From Escherichia coli (GTDB lineage Bacteria; Pseudomonadota; Gammaproteobacteria; Enterobacterales; Enterobacteriaceae), in NCBI RefSeq assembly GCF_024502345.1, contig NZ_JALDNN010000001.1: DNA of 64,000 bases; one strand, 5' to 3'. Below the pieces are notes generated by a model, which had not been told where the DNA came from, searched no databases, and saw nothing but the letters and a program-made list of their open reading frames with translations. Both the position numbers and the translations under genes were made by a program. This document shows, one piece after another, positions 9,504 to 18,704 of this stretch. Every line of letters begins with the position of its first letter. Positions within the stretch are counted from its first letter, which is position 1.

Positions 9504-10432
9504 CTTTCACCACTTCTGCTCCTGGCGATTTTCTTCTTTTGGTAGTGTCTCCTGGCTGCGGATATCAGATACTTTTCCGTCATTTTGTTGCAGAACTCTT
9601 CAATGTAGTTAATCATTTTCTGGTGTGCTTTCAGCTTTTCTTCCCCGGGGGACGCTTTCAGATAAATGTCCTCCTTTTCCACAAGCGCATTGACAAACTC
9701 CCCTAAACATCCCTGGTTATAAAGCGACGTGAAAAACAACACATCCCCCAGTCTCTCCAGTAACTGTGGTTTATCCCCGAAATGTTTTTTTATACTTTCA
9801 AAAGGTTTTCTATTTTCCGGATCAAAAAAAACACTTAATCCCAGTCGCTTATATTCCTGGTAAAAAAGTTCAAACGTCGGGGATGCTGAACGGCAAATAA
9901 ACGAAGACTGCGCCCATGGATTAAAATCTGTGACACGCCTCCCCTCCCGCACTTCCTGTCGTGTCAGCGGTGGTTCAGCAAACCAGGCGTCCAGCTCAGC
10001 CGAATCGTTATCCCTGCTCAAAACCTCATACAAACTGCCCGTGAACGGTTGAGCCGTTTGTTTTGTTGCTTCGCCTTCTGATTGTCTGAATCCATCCACT
10101 TTTCTCCGGATATTACGCGGAATCAGCATAAAAGGCGGGACATTAAGTGATAAACGTTTACCCGTCATGCGATACCATTGACCTACCTCAACCTTAATCC
10201 GTGTATCTGACCTTAGCTCAAGTGCCATTATGCTAAGCAGGTACAGATAACGCACCGTATAACGATTAAAATGTTTCTCCGGATCAAACGATTCGGACCG
10301 TTCTCCTCTGTACACGACTCTGCTGCGCTTCAGTATTCGCAGAGTATATTTCCAGGCCGGACTTTTACAAATGGCGGTAACTCTGGCCTTATTAACAATG
10401 TCGCGTAATGCATCAATCTGTTGTGCAGTCAT
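9500..10432 (-). CDS. Hypothetical protein, unknown function
   Basis: 310-aa ORF from ATG at 10432 with GGAGG 7 nt upstream; convergent with the preceding CDS and divergent from the GTPase gene. Confidence 0.4.
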   Translation of the reverse strand: MTAQQIDALRDIVNKARVTAICKSPAWKYTLRILKRSRVVYRGERSESFDPEKHFNRYTVRYLYLLSIMALELRSDTRIKVEVGQWYRMTGKRLSLNVPPFMLIPRNIRRKVDGFRQSEGEATKQTAQPFTGSLYEVLSRDNDSAELDAWFAEPPLTRQEVREGRRVTDFNPWAQSSFICRSASPTFELFYQEYKRLGLSVFFDPENRKPFESIKKHFGDKPQLLERLGDVLFFTSLYNQGCLGEFVNALVEKEDIYLKASPGEEKLKAHQKMINYIEEFCNKMTEKYLISAARRHYQKKKIARSRSGES

Positions 10433-10538
10433 CTCTTCCCTCCACACTTTGCCACTCCAGATTTTTTCACGCCCATATTACCTGAATGATAAACCGGATT
10501 AGTGTGATCCGGTTCAGTGAAATCAACAGGATACCGGT

Positions 10539-11423
10539 ATGTCATTCAGCCATTCTTCCCTCTCCGCACAAGTGAAATCATATCTGACGTTTCTTCCTGA
10601 AGAAATTCGCCAGAAAATCCTTGAACATCTCCACGGTGTTATTCATTACGAGCCCGTAATTGGCATTATGGGTAAATCCGGCACCGGCAAAAGCAGTCTG
10701 TGTAATGCCATTTTTCAGTCCCGTATCTGCGCCACGCATCCCCTGAACGGCTGCACCCGCCAGGCTCATCGTCTTACCCTGCAGCTCGGTGAACGCAGAA
10801 TGACGCTGGTCGATATGCCCGGCATTGGTGAGACACCGCAGCATGATCAGGAATACCGGGAGCTTTACCGTCAGTTACTGCCGGAACTGGATCTGATTAT
10901 CTGGATCCTGCGGGCTGATGAACGTGCGTATGCTGCTGATATTGCCATGCATCAGTTTTTACTGAATGAAGGTGCAGATCCCTCGCGTTTTCTGTTTGTT
11001 CTCAGCCATGCCGATCGCGTGTTTCCTGCTGAAGAATGGAACGACACAGAAAAATGCCCGTCCCGTCAGCAGGCGCTCTCACTGGCGACGGTGACAGCCC
11101 GGGTGGCAACCCTGTTCCCTTCATCATTTCCGGTACTCTCCGTTGCCGCACCTGTCGGCTGGAACCTTCCGGCGTTTGTGTCGCTGATGATCCACGCACT
11201 GCCACCACAGGCAACCAGTGCGGTTTATTCACATATCCGGGGGGAAAACCGCTCTGAACAGGCCCGGAAACACGCACAACAGACTTTTGGTGAAACCATC
11301 GGGAAAAGTTTTGACGACGCCGTTGCCCGTTTCAGTTTTCCGGCCTGGATGTTACAGCTTCTGCGCAAAACCCGGGACCGCATTATCCACCTGCTGGTCA
11401 CGCTGTGGGATCACCTGTTCTGA
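10539..11423 (+). CDS. YfjP/YkfA/YeeP-family GTPase (prophage-island GTP-binding protein)
   Basis: 294-aa ORF with P-loop GKSGTGKSS and switch motif DMPG; resembles CP4-type island GTPases. Confidence 0.8.
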   Translation: MSFSHSSLSAQVKSYLTFLPEEIRQKILEHLHGVIHYEPVIGIMGKSGTGKSSLCNAIFQSRICATHPLNGCTRQAHRLTLQLGERRMTLVDMPGIGETPQHDQEYRELYRQLLPELDLIIWILRADERAYAADIAMHQFLLNEGADPSRFLFVLSHADRVFPAEEWNDTEKCPSRQQALSLATVTARVATLFPSSFPVLSVAAPVGWNLPAFVSLMIHALPPQATSAVYSHIRGENRSEQARKHAQQTFGETIGKSFDDAVARFSFPAWMLQLLRKTRDRIIHLLVTLWDHLF

Positions 11424-11541
11424 ACGCCCCGGAGTCCCCCGTGGCAACCGTATACCTTTACACGACAACGGATTACGGTAACCACTGCCGTATACCGTCT
11501 GTCATTATCAATAACACGCTCTTTAATTTCAGAGGTCAGTC

Positions 11542-12219
11542 ATGAATACCAGAATTCTTTTTCCCCTGCTGTTCACTGTGGCATCATTCTCCGCCTCCGC
11601 CGGCAACTGGGCTGTCAAAAACGGCTGGTGTCAGACCATGACGGAAGATGGTCAGGCGCTGGTAATGCTGAAAAATGGCACGATTGGTATTACCGGCCTG
11701 ATGCAGGGATGCCCGAATAGCGTACAGACGCTCCTGGGCAACCGTATCAGTATTAACGGTAACCTGATCCCCACATCACAAATGTGTAATCAGCAGACAG
11801 GATTCAGGGCTGTTGAGGTGGAAGTCGGACAGGCGCCGGAAATGGTCAAAAAAGCCGTTCACTCCATAGCAGAGCGTGATGTGTCAGTTTTACAGGCATT
11901 TGGTGTACGAATGGAATTCACCCGCGGTGATATGCTGAAGGTCTGTCCGAAATTTGTCACATCACTTGCCGGTTTTTCCCCGAAACAGACACCCGCCATT
12001 AATAAAGATTCCGTCCTGCAGGCTGCCCGGCAGGCATACGCCCGGGAATATGACGAGGAAACAACAGAAACCGCTGATTTTGGCTCTTACGAAGTAAAAG
12101 GCAATAAGGTTGAGTTTGAAGTATTCAATCCTGAAGACCGTGCGTACGACAAAGTGACCGTCACGGTTGGTGCTGACGGTAATGCCACCGGCGCCAGCGT
12201 TGAATTTATCGGAAAATAG
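11542..12219 (+). CDS. Predicted secreted/periplasmic protein of unknown function
   Basis: 225-aa ORF with N-terminal signal peptide [20 protein letters not shown]; sits where CP4-type islands carry surface or lipoprotein genes. Confidence 0.5.
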   Translation: MNTRILFPLLFTVASFSASAGNWAVKNGWCQTMTEDGQALVMLKNGTIGITGLMQGCPNSVQTLLGNRISINGNLIPTSQMCNQQTGFRAVEVEVGQAPEMVKKAVHSIAERDVSVLQAFGVRMEFTRGDMLKVCPKFVTSLAGFSPKQTPAINKDSVLQAARQAYAREYDEETTETADFGSYEVKGNKVEFEVFNPEDRAYDKVTVTVGADGNATGASVEFIGK

Positions 12220-12224
12220 CCGGT

Positions 12225-12458
12225 ATGTCGGACTGCCACCCTGTTTTATTGCCCGAAGGCCCTTTCTCACGCGAACAGGCGATGGCTGTCACAACAGCTT
12301 ACCACAATGTGCTTATTGAAGATGATCAGGGAACGCATTTCCGGCTGGTTATCCGCAATGCTGAAGGGCAGCTACGCTGGCGGTGCTGGAATTTTGAACC
12401 TGATGCCGGAAAACAGCTAAATCCGTATCTCGCCAGTGAGGGAATTCTCAGGCAATAA
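12225..12458 (+). CDS. DUF905-family protein (YkfF/YpjK-like)
   Basis: 77-aa [37 protein letters not shown]...WNFEPDAG matches the YkfF family. Confidence 0.7.
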   Translation: MSDCHPVLLPEGPFSREQAMAVTTAYHNVLIEDDQGTHFRLVIRNAEGQLRWRCWNFEPDAGKQLNPYLASEGILRQ

Positions 12459-12556
12459 ACGTCTTCATTTCATCCATCAGGCCACGTCTTCTCCGGGAGA
12501 CGTGGCTTTTTCATTTATTACACCAGTAAATCTTAATCACCAATAAGGAGCAAATC

Positions 12557-13375
12557 ATGCGATTAGCAAGTCGTTTTGGTTATGCGAACCAGATACGCCG
12601 TGACCGCCCCTTAACTCGCGAAGAACTGATGCAGGTCGTCCCCAGCGTATTCGGGGAAAATAAGCACACATCCAGAAGCGAGAACTATACCTGGATCCCC
12701 ACCATCACCGTGCTGGAAAGCCTGCAGCGGGAAGGCTTTCAGCCCTTCTTTGCCTGCCAGACCCGCGTACGTGACCCGGGCCGCCGGGGGTATACCAAAC
12801 ACATGCTGCGTCTGCGCCATGACGGGGAGATAAACGGACAACATGTCCCTGAAATCATCCTACTGAACTCCCATGACGGTACCTCCAGCTACCAGATGCT
12901 GCCGGGTTACTTCAGGTTCGTCTGCCAGAACGGCTGCGTCTGTGGTCAGTCTCTGGGGGAAGTGCGTGTTCCACACCGGGGAAATGTGGTGGACAGAGTC
13001 ATTGAAGGGGCTTACGAGGTGGTGGGCGTGTTTGACCGGATTGAGGAAAAGCGTGATGCCATGCAGTCGCTGGTCCTGCCGCCACCGGCACGCCAGGCGC
13101 TGGCACAGGCGGCGCTGACTTACCGTTATGGTGACGAACATCAGCCCGTCACCACCGCTGACATTCTGACACCACGACGCAGGGAGGATTACGGTAAGGA
13201 CCTGTGGAGTGCTTATCAGACCATCCAGGAGAATATGCTGAAAGGCGGGATTTCCGGGCGCAGCGCAAAAGGAAAACGTATCCATACCCGGGCCATTCAC
13301 AGCATCGGTACCGACATTAAGCTCAATCGCGCATTGTGGGTGATGGCAGAAACGCTGCTGGAGAGCATGCGCTGA
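12557..13375 (+). CDS. DUF932-family protein (YafZ/YfjQ-like)
   Basis: 272-aa ORF; size and position after DUF905 match YafZ/YfjQ of CP4-type islands. Confidence 0.65.
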   Translation: MRLASRFGYANQIRRDRPLTREELMQVVPSVFGENKHTSRSENYTWIPTITVLESLQREGFQPFFACQTRVRDPGRRGYTKHMLRLRHDGEINGQHVPEIILLNSHDGTSSYQMLPGYFRFVCQNGCVCGQSLGEVRVPHRGNVVDRVIEGAYEVVGVFDRIEEKRDAMQSLVLPPPARQALAQAALTYRYGDEHQPVTTADILTPRRREDYGKDLWSAYQTIQENMLKGGISGRSAKGKRIHTRAIHSIGTDIKLNRALWVMAETLLESMR

Positions 13376-13466
13376 TGCTGTTTCCCTGAAAGTACAGCCC
13401 TGACTCACGGCTGTACCAGTCTCCGGGCATTCTTCCATTCATTTACTTTTTATAAGGAATAACCTC

Positions 13467-13952
13467 ATGACAACCGTTTCGCATAATTCCACCACACCTT
13501 CTGTTTCCGTAACCGCTGCATCAGGGAATAACCCACCTCAGCTGGTTGCCACTCCCGTCCCTGATGAACAGTGCATCAGCTTCTGGCCGCAGCACTTTGG
13601 CCTCATTCCACAGTGGGTGACCCTGGAGCCCCGTATCTTCGGCTGGATGGACCGTCTGTGTGAAGACTACTGCGGTGGTATCTGGAATCTGTACACCCTG
13701 AACAACGGTGGGGCATTTATGGCACCCGAACCGGATGACGATGATGACGAAACATGGGTACTGTTCAATGCCATGAACGGTAACCGCGCTGAAATGAGTC
13801 CGGAAGCCGCCGGCATTGCTGCCTGTCTGATGACGTACAGTCATCATGCCTGTCGAACGGAGTGTTATGCCATGACGGTCCACTATTACCGGCTGCGGGA
13901 TTACGCCCTACAGCATCCGGAATGCAGCGCCATTATGCGCATCATCGACTGA
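13467..13952 (+). CDS. Antirestriction protein (KlcA/ArdB-like, YfjX/YafX family)
   Basis: 161-aa ORF; position and sequence resemble CP4 antirestriction proteins. Confidence 0.7.
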   Translation: MTTVSHNSTTPSVSVTAASGNNPPQLVATPVPDEQCISFWPQHFGLIPQWVTLEPRIFGWMDRLCEDYCGGIWNLYTLNNGGAFMAPEPDDDDDETWVLFNAMNGNRAEMSPEAAGIAACLMTYSHHACRTECYAMTVHYYRLRDYALQHPECSAIMRIID

Positions 13953-14444
13953 ATGGAGACAGGGACAATGCAGCAGCTTTCCTTTCTGCCCGGAGAGATG
14001 ACGCCCGGCGAGCGCAGTCTCATTCTGCGGGCCCTGAAAACCCTGGACCGCCATCTTCATGAACCCGGCGTGGCCTTCACCTCCACCCGTGCGGCACGGG
14101 AATGGCTGATTCTGAACATGGCGGGACTGGAGCGTGAAGAATTCCGGGTGCTGTATCTGAATAACCAGAATCAGCTGATTGCCGGTGAGACCCTCTTCAC
14201 AGGCACCATCAACCGCACGGAAGTCCATCCCCGGGAAGTGATTAAACGCGCCCTGTATCACAATGCCGCAGCCGTGGTGCTGGCACACAATCACCCGTCA
14301 GGTGAAGTCACACCCAGTAAGGCTGACCGCCTTATTACGGAACGTCTGGTACAGGCACTGGCCCTGGTGGATATCCGGGTGCCGGACCATCTGATAATCG
14401 GTGGCAGCCAGGTTTTCTCCTTTGCTGAACACGGTCTGCTTTAA
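13953..14444 (+). CDS. RadC-like JAB-domain protein (YeeS/YfjY/YkfG family)
   Basis: 163-aa ORF with JAMM-like motif HNHPSGEVTPSKAD. Confidence 0.8.
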   Translation: METGTMQQLSFLPGEMTPGERSLILRALKTLDRHLHEPGVAFTSTRAAREWLILNMAGLEREEFRVLYLNNQNQLIAGETLFTGTINRTEVHPREVIKRALYHNAAAVVLAHNHPSGEVTPSKADRLITERLVQALALVDIRVPDHLIIGGSQVFSFAEHGLL

Positions 14445-14512
14445 CCCGTCACCATCACAACCACATCACACTTGTTTTCACTTTTATCTTCTGTCTTCAG
14501 AGGTATCCCATC

Positions 14513-14734
14513 ATGAAAATTATCACCCGTGGTGAAGCCATGCGTATTCACCAACAGAATCCTGCATCCCGTCTTTTTCCGTTCTGTACCGGTAAGTACC
14601 GCTGGCACGGCAGTGCTGAAACGTATACCGGTCGTGAAGTGCAGGATATTCCCGGTGTGCTGGCCGTGTTTGCTGAACGCCGTAAGGACAGTTTTGGCCC
14701 GTATGTCCGGTTGATGAGCGTCACTCTGAACTGA
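14513..14734 (+). CDS. DUF987-family protein (YeeT/YpjJ-like)
   Basis: 73-aa ORF immediately upstream of the antitoxin, as in CP4-44 yeeT-yeeU. Confidence 0.7.
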   Translation: MKIITRGEAMRIHQQNPASRLFPFCTGKYRWHGSAETYTGREVQDIPGVLAVFAERRKDSFGPYVRLMSVTLN

Positions 14735-14752
14735 GTCAGAAAGGGGATTCTG

Positions 14753-15784
14753 ATGAGCAGCATTATCACCACCACAGTGTATACGCTGGATGAACTTTCC
14801 TGCCCTTCTGCACGGGAAAAAGCCCGCGACTGGTACCGTGTGCACCATTCTGACAGCAACTGGTATGAAAACGTGTACGAGGACTTCAGGGCGGTCTGTG
14901 GCATTTTCGGAATTGACCTCCGCCAGCGCGTTTTCCGGCTCAGCAACGGCAGGTTTATGGAAGAGCCGTGCATCTGGTTCAGCGGATTCTGCAGCCAGGG
15001 GGACGGAGCCTGTTTTGAAGGACGCTGGCACTGGCAGTCAGCAACAGCCAGGAGGCTCCGGGAGTATGCCACACAGGACCATGAACTCCATCGTATCGCG
15101 GATGCCCTGCAGGCGGTGCAGAAACGTAACTTCTGGCAACTGCAGGCTGAAATCCACCACCGGGGACGTTACTGCCATCCGTACAGCATGGATATCACTG
15201 TTACCCGGAACAGTCCGACTGGTCAGGCTATGACAGCCGATGCGGAAGCCGCTGTCAGCGAAGCCCTGCGCGACCTGGCCTTCTGGTTGTACCGTCAGCT
15301 GGAAAACGAGTACGACAGGCTGACCTCTGATGCCGCTGTTGATGAGGCCCTTCTCATCAACGAATACACCTTCACCGAAGCCGGTCTGCGCGCCGGCTTA
15401 CCTGAGGACTTTATCGTGTCAGACAAACTCCATGAGACAAATTATCCCGACGACCATAACGACCGCCTCTGGTGGGGACTGCTCTGCACCGTGACGCCCT
15501 GTTTCGGGGCACGTCTGGTGCAGGAGGGTAACCGGTTGCATTACCTTGTCGACCGCGCCGGCATCAGAGGCCTGTTCAGCGATGCAGATGCGTACCACCT
15601 GGACCAGGCCTTTCCGCTGCTGATGAAACAACTGGAGCTCATGCTCACCAGCGGTGAACTGAATCCCCGCCATCAGCATACCGTGACACTGTATGCGAAG
15701 GGGCTGACCTGTGAAGCCGACACCCTCGGCTCCTGTGGTTACGTTTATCTGGCTGTTTATCCGACGCCCGAAACGAAAAAGTAA
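14753..15784 (+). CDS. CbeA/YeeU/YfjZ-type antitoxin (core 15416-15784 from an internal GTG) read in frame with an upstream ~220-aa domain of unknown function
   Basis: C-terminal 122 aa (VSDKLHETNYPDDHNDRLWWGLLCTVTPCFGARLVQEGNRLHY...) match the CbeA antitoxin; there is no stop codon between the 14753 start and the antitoxin core. Confidence 0.6.
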   Translation: MSSIITTTVYTLDELSCPSAREKARDWYRVHHSDSNWYENVYEDFRAVCGIFGIDLRQRVFRLSNGRFMEEPCIWFSGFCSQGDGACFEGRWHWQSATARRLREYATQDHELHRIADALQAVQKRNFWQLQAEIHHRGRYCHPYSMDITVTRNSPTGQAMTADAEAAVSEALRDLAFWLYRQLENEYDRLTSDAAVDEALLINEYTFTEAGLRAGLPEDFIVSDKLHETNYPDDHNDRLWWGLLCTVTPCFGARLVQEGNRLHYLVDRAGIRGLFSDADAYHLDQAFPLLMKQLELMLTSGELNPRHQHTVTLYAKGLTCEADTLGSCGYVYLAVYPTPETKK

Positions 15785-15873
15785 CTCTCCAGAATAACCT
15801 TCTACTCCGGCCTGGTGCTTTCACCACGCCACTTTTCCATTTTTCATCTCTGCATATCAGGAAAATCTTCAGT

Positions 15874-16251
15874 ATGAAAACATTACCTGTATTACCCGGG
15901 CAGGCGGCCAGTTCACGCCCGTCTCCGGTTGAAATCTGGCAGACACTGCTCACCCGACTGCTGGATCAGCACTACGGCCTTACGCTGAATGACACACCGT
16001 TCGCTGATGAACGTGTGATTGAGCAGCATATTGAGGCAGGCATTTCACTGTGCGATGCGGTGAACTTTCTCGTTGAAAAATACGCACTGGTACGTACCGA
16101 CCAGCCGGGATTCAGCGCCTGTACCCGTTCTCAGTTAATAAACAGTATTGATATCCTCCGGGCACGCCGGGCAACCGGCCTGATGACACGCGACAACTAC
16201 AGAACGGTAAATAACATTACCCTGGGTAAACATCCGGGGGCGAAACAATGA
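15874..16251 (+). CDS. CbtA/YeeV/YkfI-family toxin (cytoskeleton-targeting type IV TA toxin)
   Basis: 125-aa ORF beginning MKTLPVLPGQAAS...; immediately downstream of the antitoxin. Confidence 0.8.
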   Translation: MKTLPVLPGQAASSRPSPVEIWQTLLTRLLDQHYGLTLNDTPFADERVIEQHIEAGISLCDAVNFLVEKYALVRTDQPGFSACTRSQLINSIDILRARRATGLMTRDNYRTVNNITLGKHPGAKQ

Positions 16252-16670
16252 AACTGGCCCTGACGCTGGAAGCCGACAGCATTAATGCGCAGGCGCTGAA
16301 CATGGGGCGCATTGTCGTTGACGTCGATGGTATTGAGCTCGCTGAACTGATTAACAAAGTCGCTGAAAACGGTTATTCACTCCGCGTGGTGGATGAACGT
16401 GACGCTACCGAAACACCGGCGACTTCTGCCAGCCCTCATCAGTTGCCGGAAGACAATACAGTGATACAGAGCGTGATGCCATTAACCACTGAAACAGCGC
16501 TGGATATCCTCATTGCGTGGCTGCAGGACAATATTGACTGCGAATCGGAAATTATCTTTGACAACAATGAGGACAAAACGGATTCGGCAGCACTGTTGCC
16601 CTGTATTGAACAGGCCAGGGAGGATATCCGTACCCTGCGCCAACTGCAGCTTCTGTACCAGAACCAGTGA
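16248..16670 (+). CDS. YeeW-like protein
   Basis: 140-aa acidic ORF overlapping the toxin stop by 4 bp, the position YeeW takes after yeeV. Confidence 0.55.
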   Translation: MKLALTLEADSINAQALNMGRIVVDVDGIELAELINKVAENGYSLRVVDERDATETPATSASPHQLPEDNTVIQSVMPLTTETALDILIAWLQDNIDCESEIIFDNNEDKTDSAALLPCIEQAREDIRTLRQLQLLYQNQ

Positions 16671-16754
16671 GTCTTACTCACCAGACTTCATTCCACTGAC
16701 GCCAGCCTGAACAGGGCTGGCGTTTTCATTTATCTGCAAAAAGGAATATCGATT

Positions 16755-17597
16755 ATGTCTGAAATCACAGCCCCCCGTCCGGAAGTGGTCAACGGGCATA
16801 CGGACGTTATCTGTTCAACCAGTATCCGCCACATTCTGGCTGTACGAAAGAGTACGCTGCTGCAAATCGACACACTTACCCGGCAACTGGCAGAAATCTC
16901 AGCAATGACAGAAAGTATTGGCGGTAAAACCGCACTGGACTGGGCGATGAAACAGGATTTTCGCTGTGGTTGCTGGCTGATGGAAAAACCTGAAACGGCA
17001 ATGAAAGCCATCACCCGCAATCTCGATCGCGAAATCTGGCGTGACCTGATGCAACGTTCCGGGATGCTGTCATTAATGGATGCGCAGGCCCGTGAGACAT
17101 GGTACCGGTCACTGGAGCACGATAATTTTCCGGAAATCAGTGAAGCGAACATTCTGAGCACATTTGAACAACTACACCAGAATAAGGATGAGGTGTTTGA
17201 GCGAGGGGTGATCAACGTCTTCAGGGGACTGAACTGGAATTACAAAACCAATTGCCCCTGCAAATTTGGCAGTAAAATTATCGTCAACAACCTAGTGAGG
17301 TGGGACCGGTGGGGGTTTCATCTTATCACCGGGCAACAGACTGACCGACTCGTCGACCTGGAAAGAATGCTACATCTGTTCAGCGGCAAACCGATCCCCG
17401 ACAACCGGGAAAACATCACTATTCGTCTGGATGGTCACATCCAGTCCGTTCAGGGTAAAGAGCGCTATGAAGACGAGATGTTCATCATTAAATACTTTAA
17501 GAAGGGATCTGCACACATCACTTTCAAAAGGCTGGAACTGATTGACAGAATTAACGATATAATAGCCAGGTACTTTCCTTCTGTACTCTCAGCCTGA
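16755..17597 (+). CDS. Hypothetical protein (conserved island-end protein, function unknown)
   Basis: 280-aa ORF with clean start context; last gene before IS1. Confidence 0.4.
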   Translation: MSEITAPRPEVVNGHTDVICSTSIRHILAVRKSTLLQIDTLTRQLAEISAMTESIGGKTALDWAMKQDFRCGCWLMEKPETAMKAITRNLDREIWRDLMQRSGMLSLMDAQARETWYRSLEHDNFPEISEANILSTFEQLHQNKDEVFERGVINVFRGLNWNYKTNCPCKFGSKIIVNNLVRWDRWGFHLITGQQTDRLVDLERMLHLFSGKPIPDNRENITIRLDGHIQSVQGKERYEDEMFIIKYFKKGSAHITFKRLELIDRINDIIARYFPSVLSA

Positions 17598-17876
17598 TCC
17601 CAAGTGTGATTCCCTTTCGATATCAAAAGGGACTGCGGGTATAATTGAGGGTACATTTTTAATCAAACCAAGTAAATTATATTAATATCAATATGATAAA
17701 AGAAATTTTCGATTCCGAGTCCGGCACCAAATTCATATAAACGGACCTCCACGGAGGTCCGTTTTTCGTTTCAGGACGCCACGATTTAAGCGTTCTGCCG
17801 CCAAATCAATTCTACCGAACTCAACCAGATTCTCCCCACATCACCAGCAATTTGCGGGCATGGTAATGACTCCAAC

Positions 17877-18380
17877 TTATTGATAGTGTTTTATGTTCAG
17901 ATAATGCCCGATGACTTTGTCATGCAGCTCCACCGATTTTGAGAACGACAGCGACTTCCGTCCCAGCCGTGCCAGGTGCTGCCTCAGATTCAGGTTATGC
18001 CGCTCAATTCGCTGCGTATATCGCTTGCTGATTACGTGCAGCTTTCCCTTCAGGCGGGATTCATACAGCGGCCAGCCATCCGTCATCCATATCACCACGT
18101 CAAAGGGTGACAGCAGGCTCATAAGACGCCCCAGCGTCGCCATAGTGCGTTCACCGAATACGTGCGCAACAACCGTCTTCCGGAGCCTGTCATACGCGTA
18201 AAACAGCCAGCGCTGGCGCGATTTAGCCCCGACGTATCCCCACTGTTCGTCCATTTCCGCGCAGACGATGACGTCACTGCCCGGCTGTATGCGCGAGGTT
18301 ACCGACTGCGGCCTGAGTTTTTTAAATGGCGGAAAATCGTGTTGAGGCCAACGCCCATAATGCGGGCGGTTGCCCGGCAT
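17877..18380 (-). CDS. insB: IS1 InsB (normally expressed as an InsAB' frameshift product)
   Basis: 167-aa ORF ending ...[15 protein letters not shown], with stop 15 nt from the IS end. Confidence 0.9.
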   Translation of the reverse strand: MPGNRPHYGRWPQHDFPPFKKLRPQSVTSRIQPGSDVIVCAEMDEQWGYVGAKSRQRWLFYAYDRLRKTVVAHVFGERTMATLGRLMSLLSPFDVVIWMTDGWPLYESRLKGKLHVISKRYTQRIERHNLNLRQHLARLGRKSLSFSKSVELHDKVIGHYLNIKHYQ

Positions 18381-18574
18381 CCAACGCCATTCATGGCCAT
18401 ATCAATGATTTTCTGGTGCGTACCGGGTTGAGAAGCGGTGTAAGTGAACTGCAGTTGCCATGTTTTACGGCAGTGAGAGCAGAGATAGCGCTGATGTCCG
18501 GCGGTGCTTTTGCCGTTACGCACCACCCCGTCAGTAGCTGAACAGGAGGGACAGCTGATAGAAACAGAAGCCAC
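18299..18574 (-). CDS. insA: IS1 InsA
   Basis: 91-aa [46 protein letters not shown]... Confidence 0.9.
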   Translation of the reverse strand: MASVSISCPSCSATDGVVRNGKSTAGHQRYLCSHCRKTWQLQFTYTASQPGTHQKIIDMAMNGVGCRATARIMGVGLNTIFRHLKNSGRSR

Positions 18575-18704
18575 TGGAGCACCTCAAAAACACCATCATA
18601 CACTAAATCAGTAAGTTGGCAGCATCACCAATCATTCTTACTCCCTTTGAATTACCCGCCTCATCAGAGATAATGCTTAAGAAATTTGTCACACAAGGAA
18701 GCTG

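Larger units (their letters stand above)
17862..18629 (-). mobile_element. IS1 insertion sequence, complete 768 bp with terminal inverted repeats
   Basis: Ends GGTAATGACTCCAAC ... GTTGGCAGCATCACC read directly; contains insA and insB; flanking 9-mers differ (tgcgggcat vs aatcattct). Confidence 0.9.

Noticed and set aside
12860-13438. 192-aa ORF antisense to the DUF932 gene, and other antisense ORFs in the island block (13521-13883, 13908-14294, 14441-15031, 14548-15072)
   Set aside because: Opposite-strand overlaps of better-supported, co-directional island genes; no RBS
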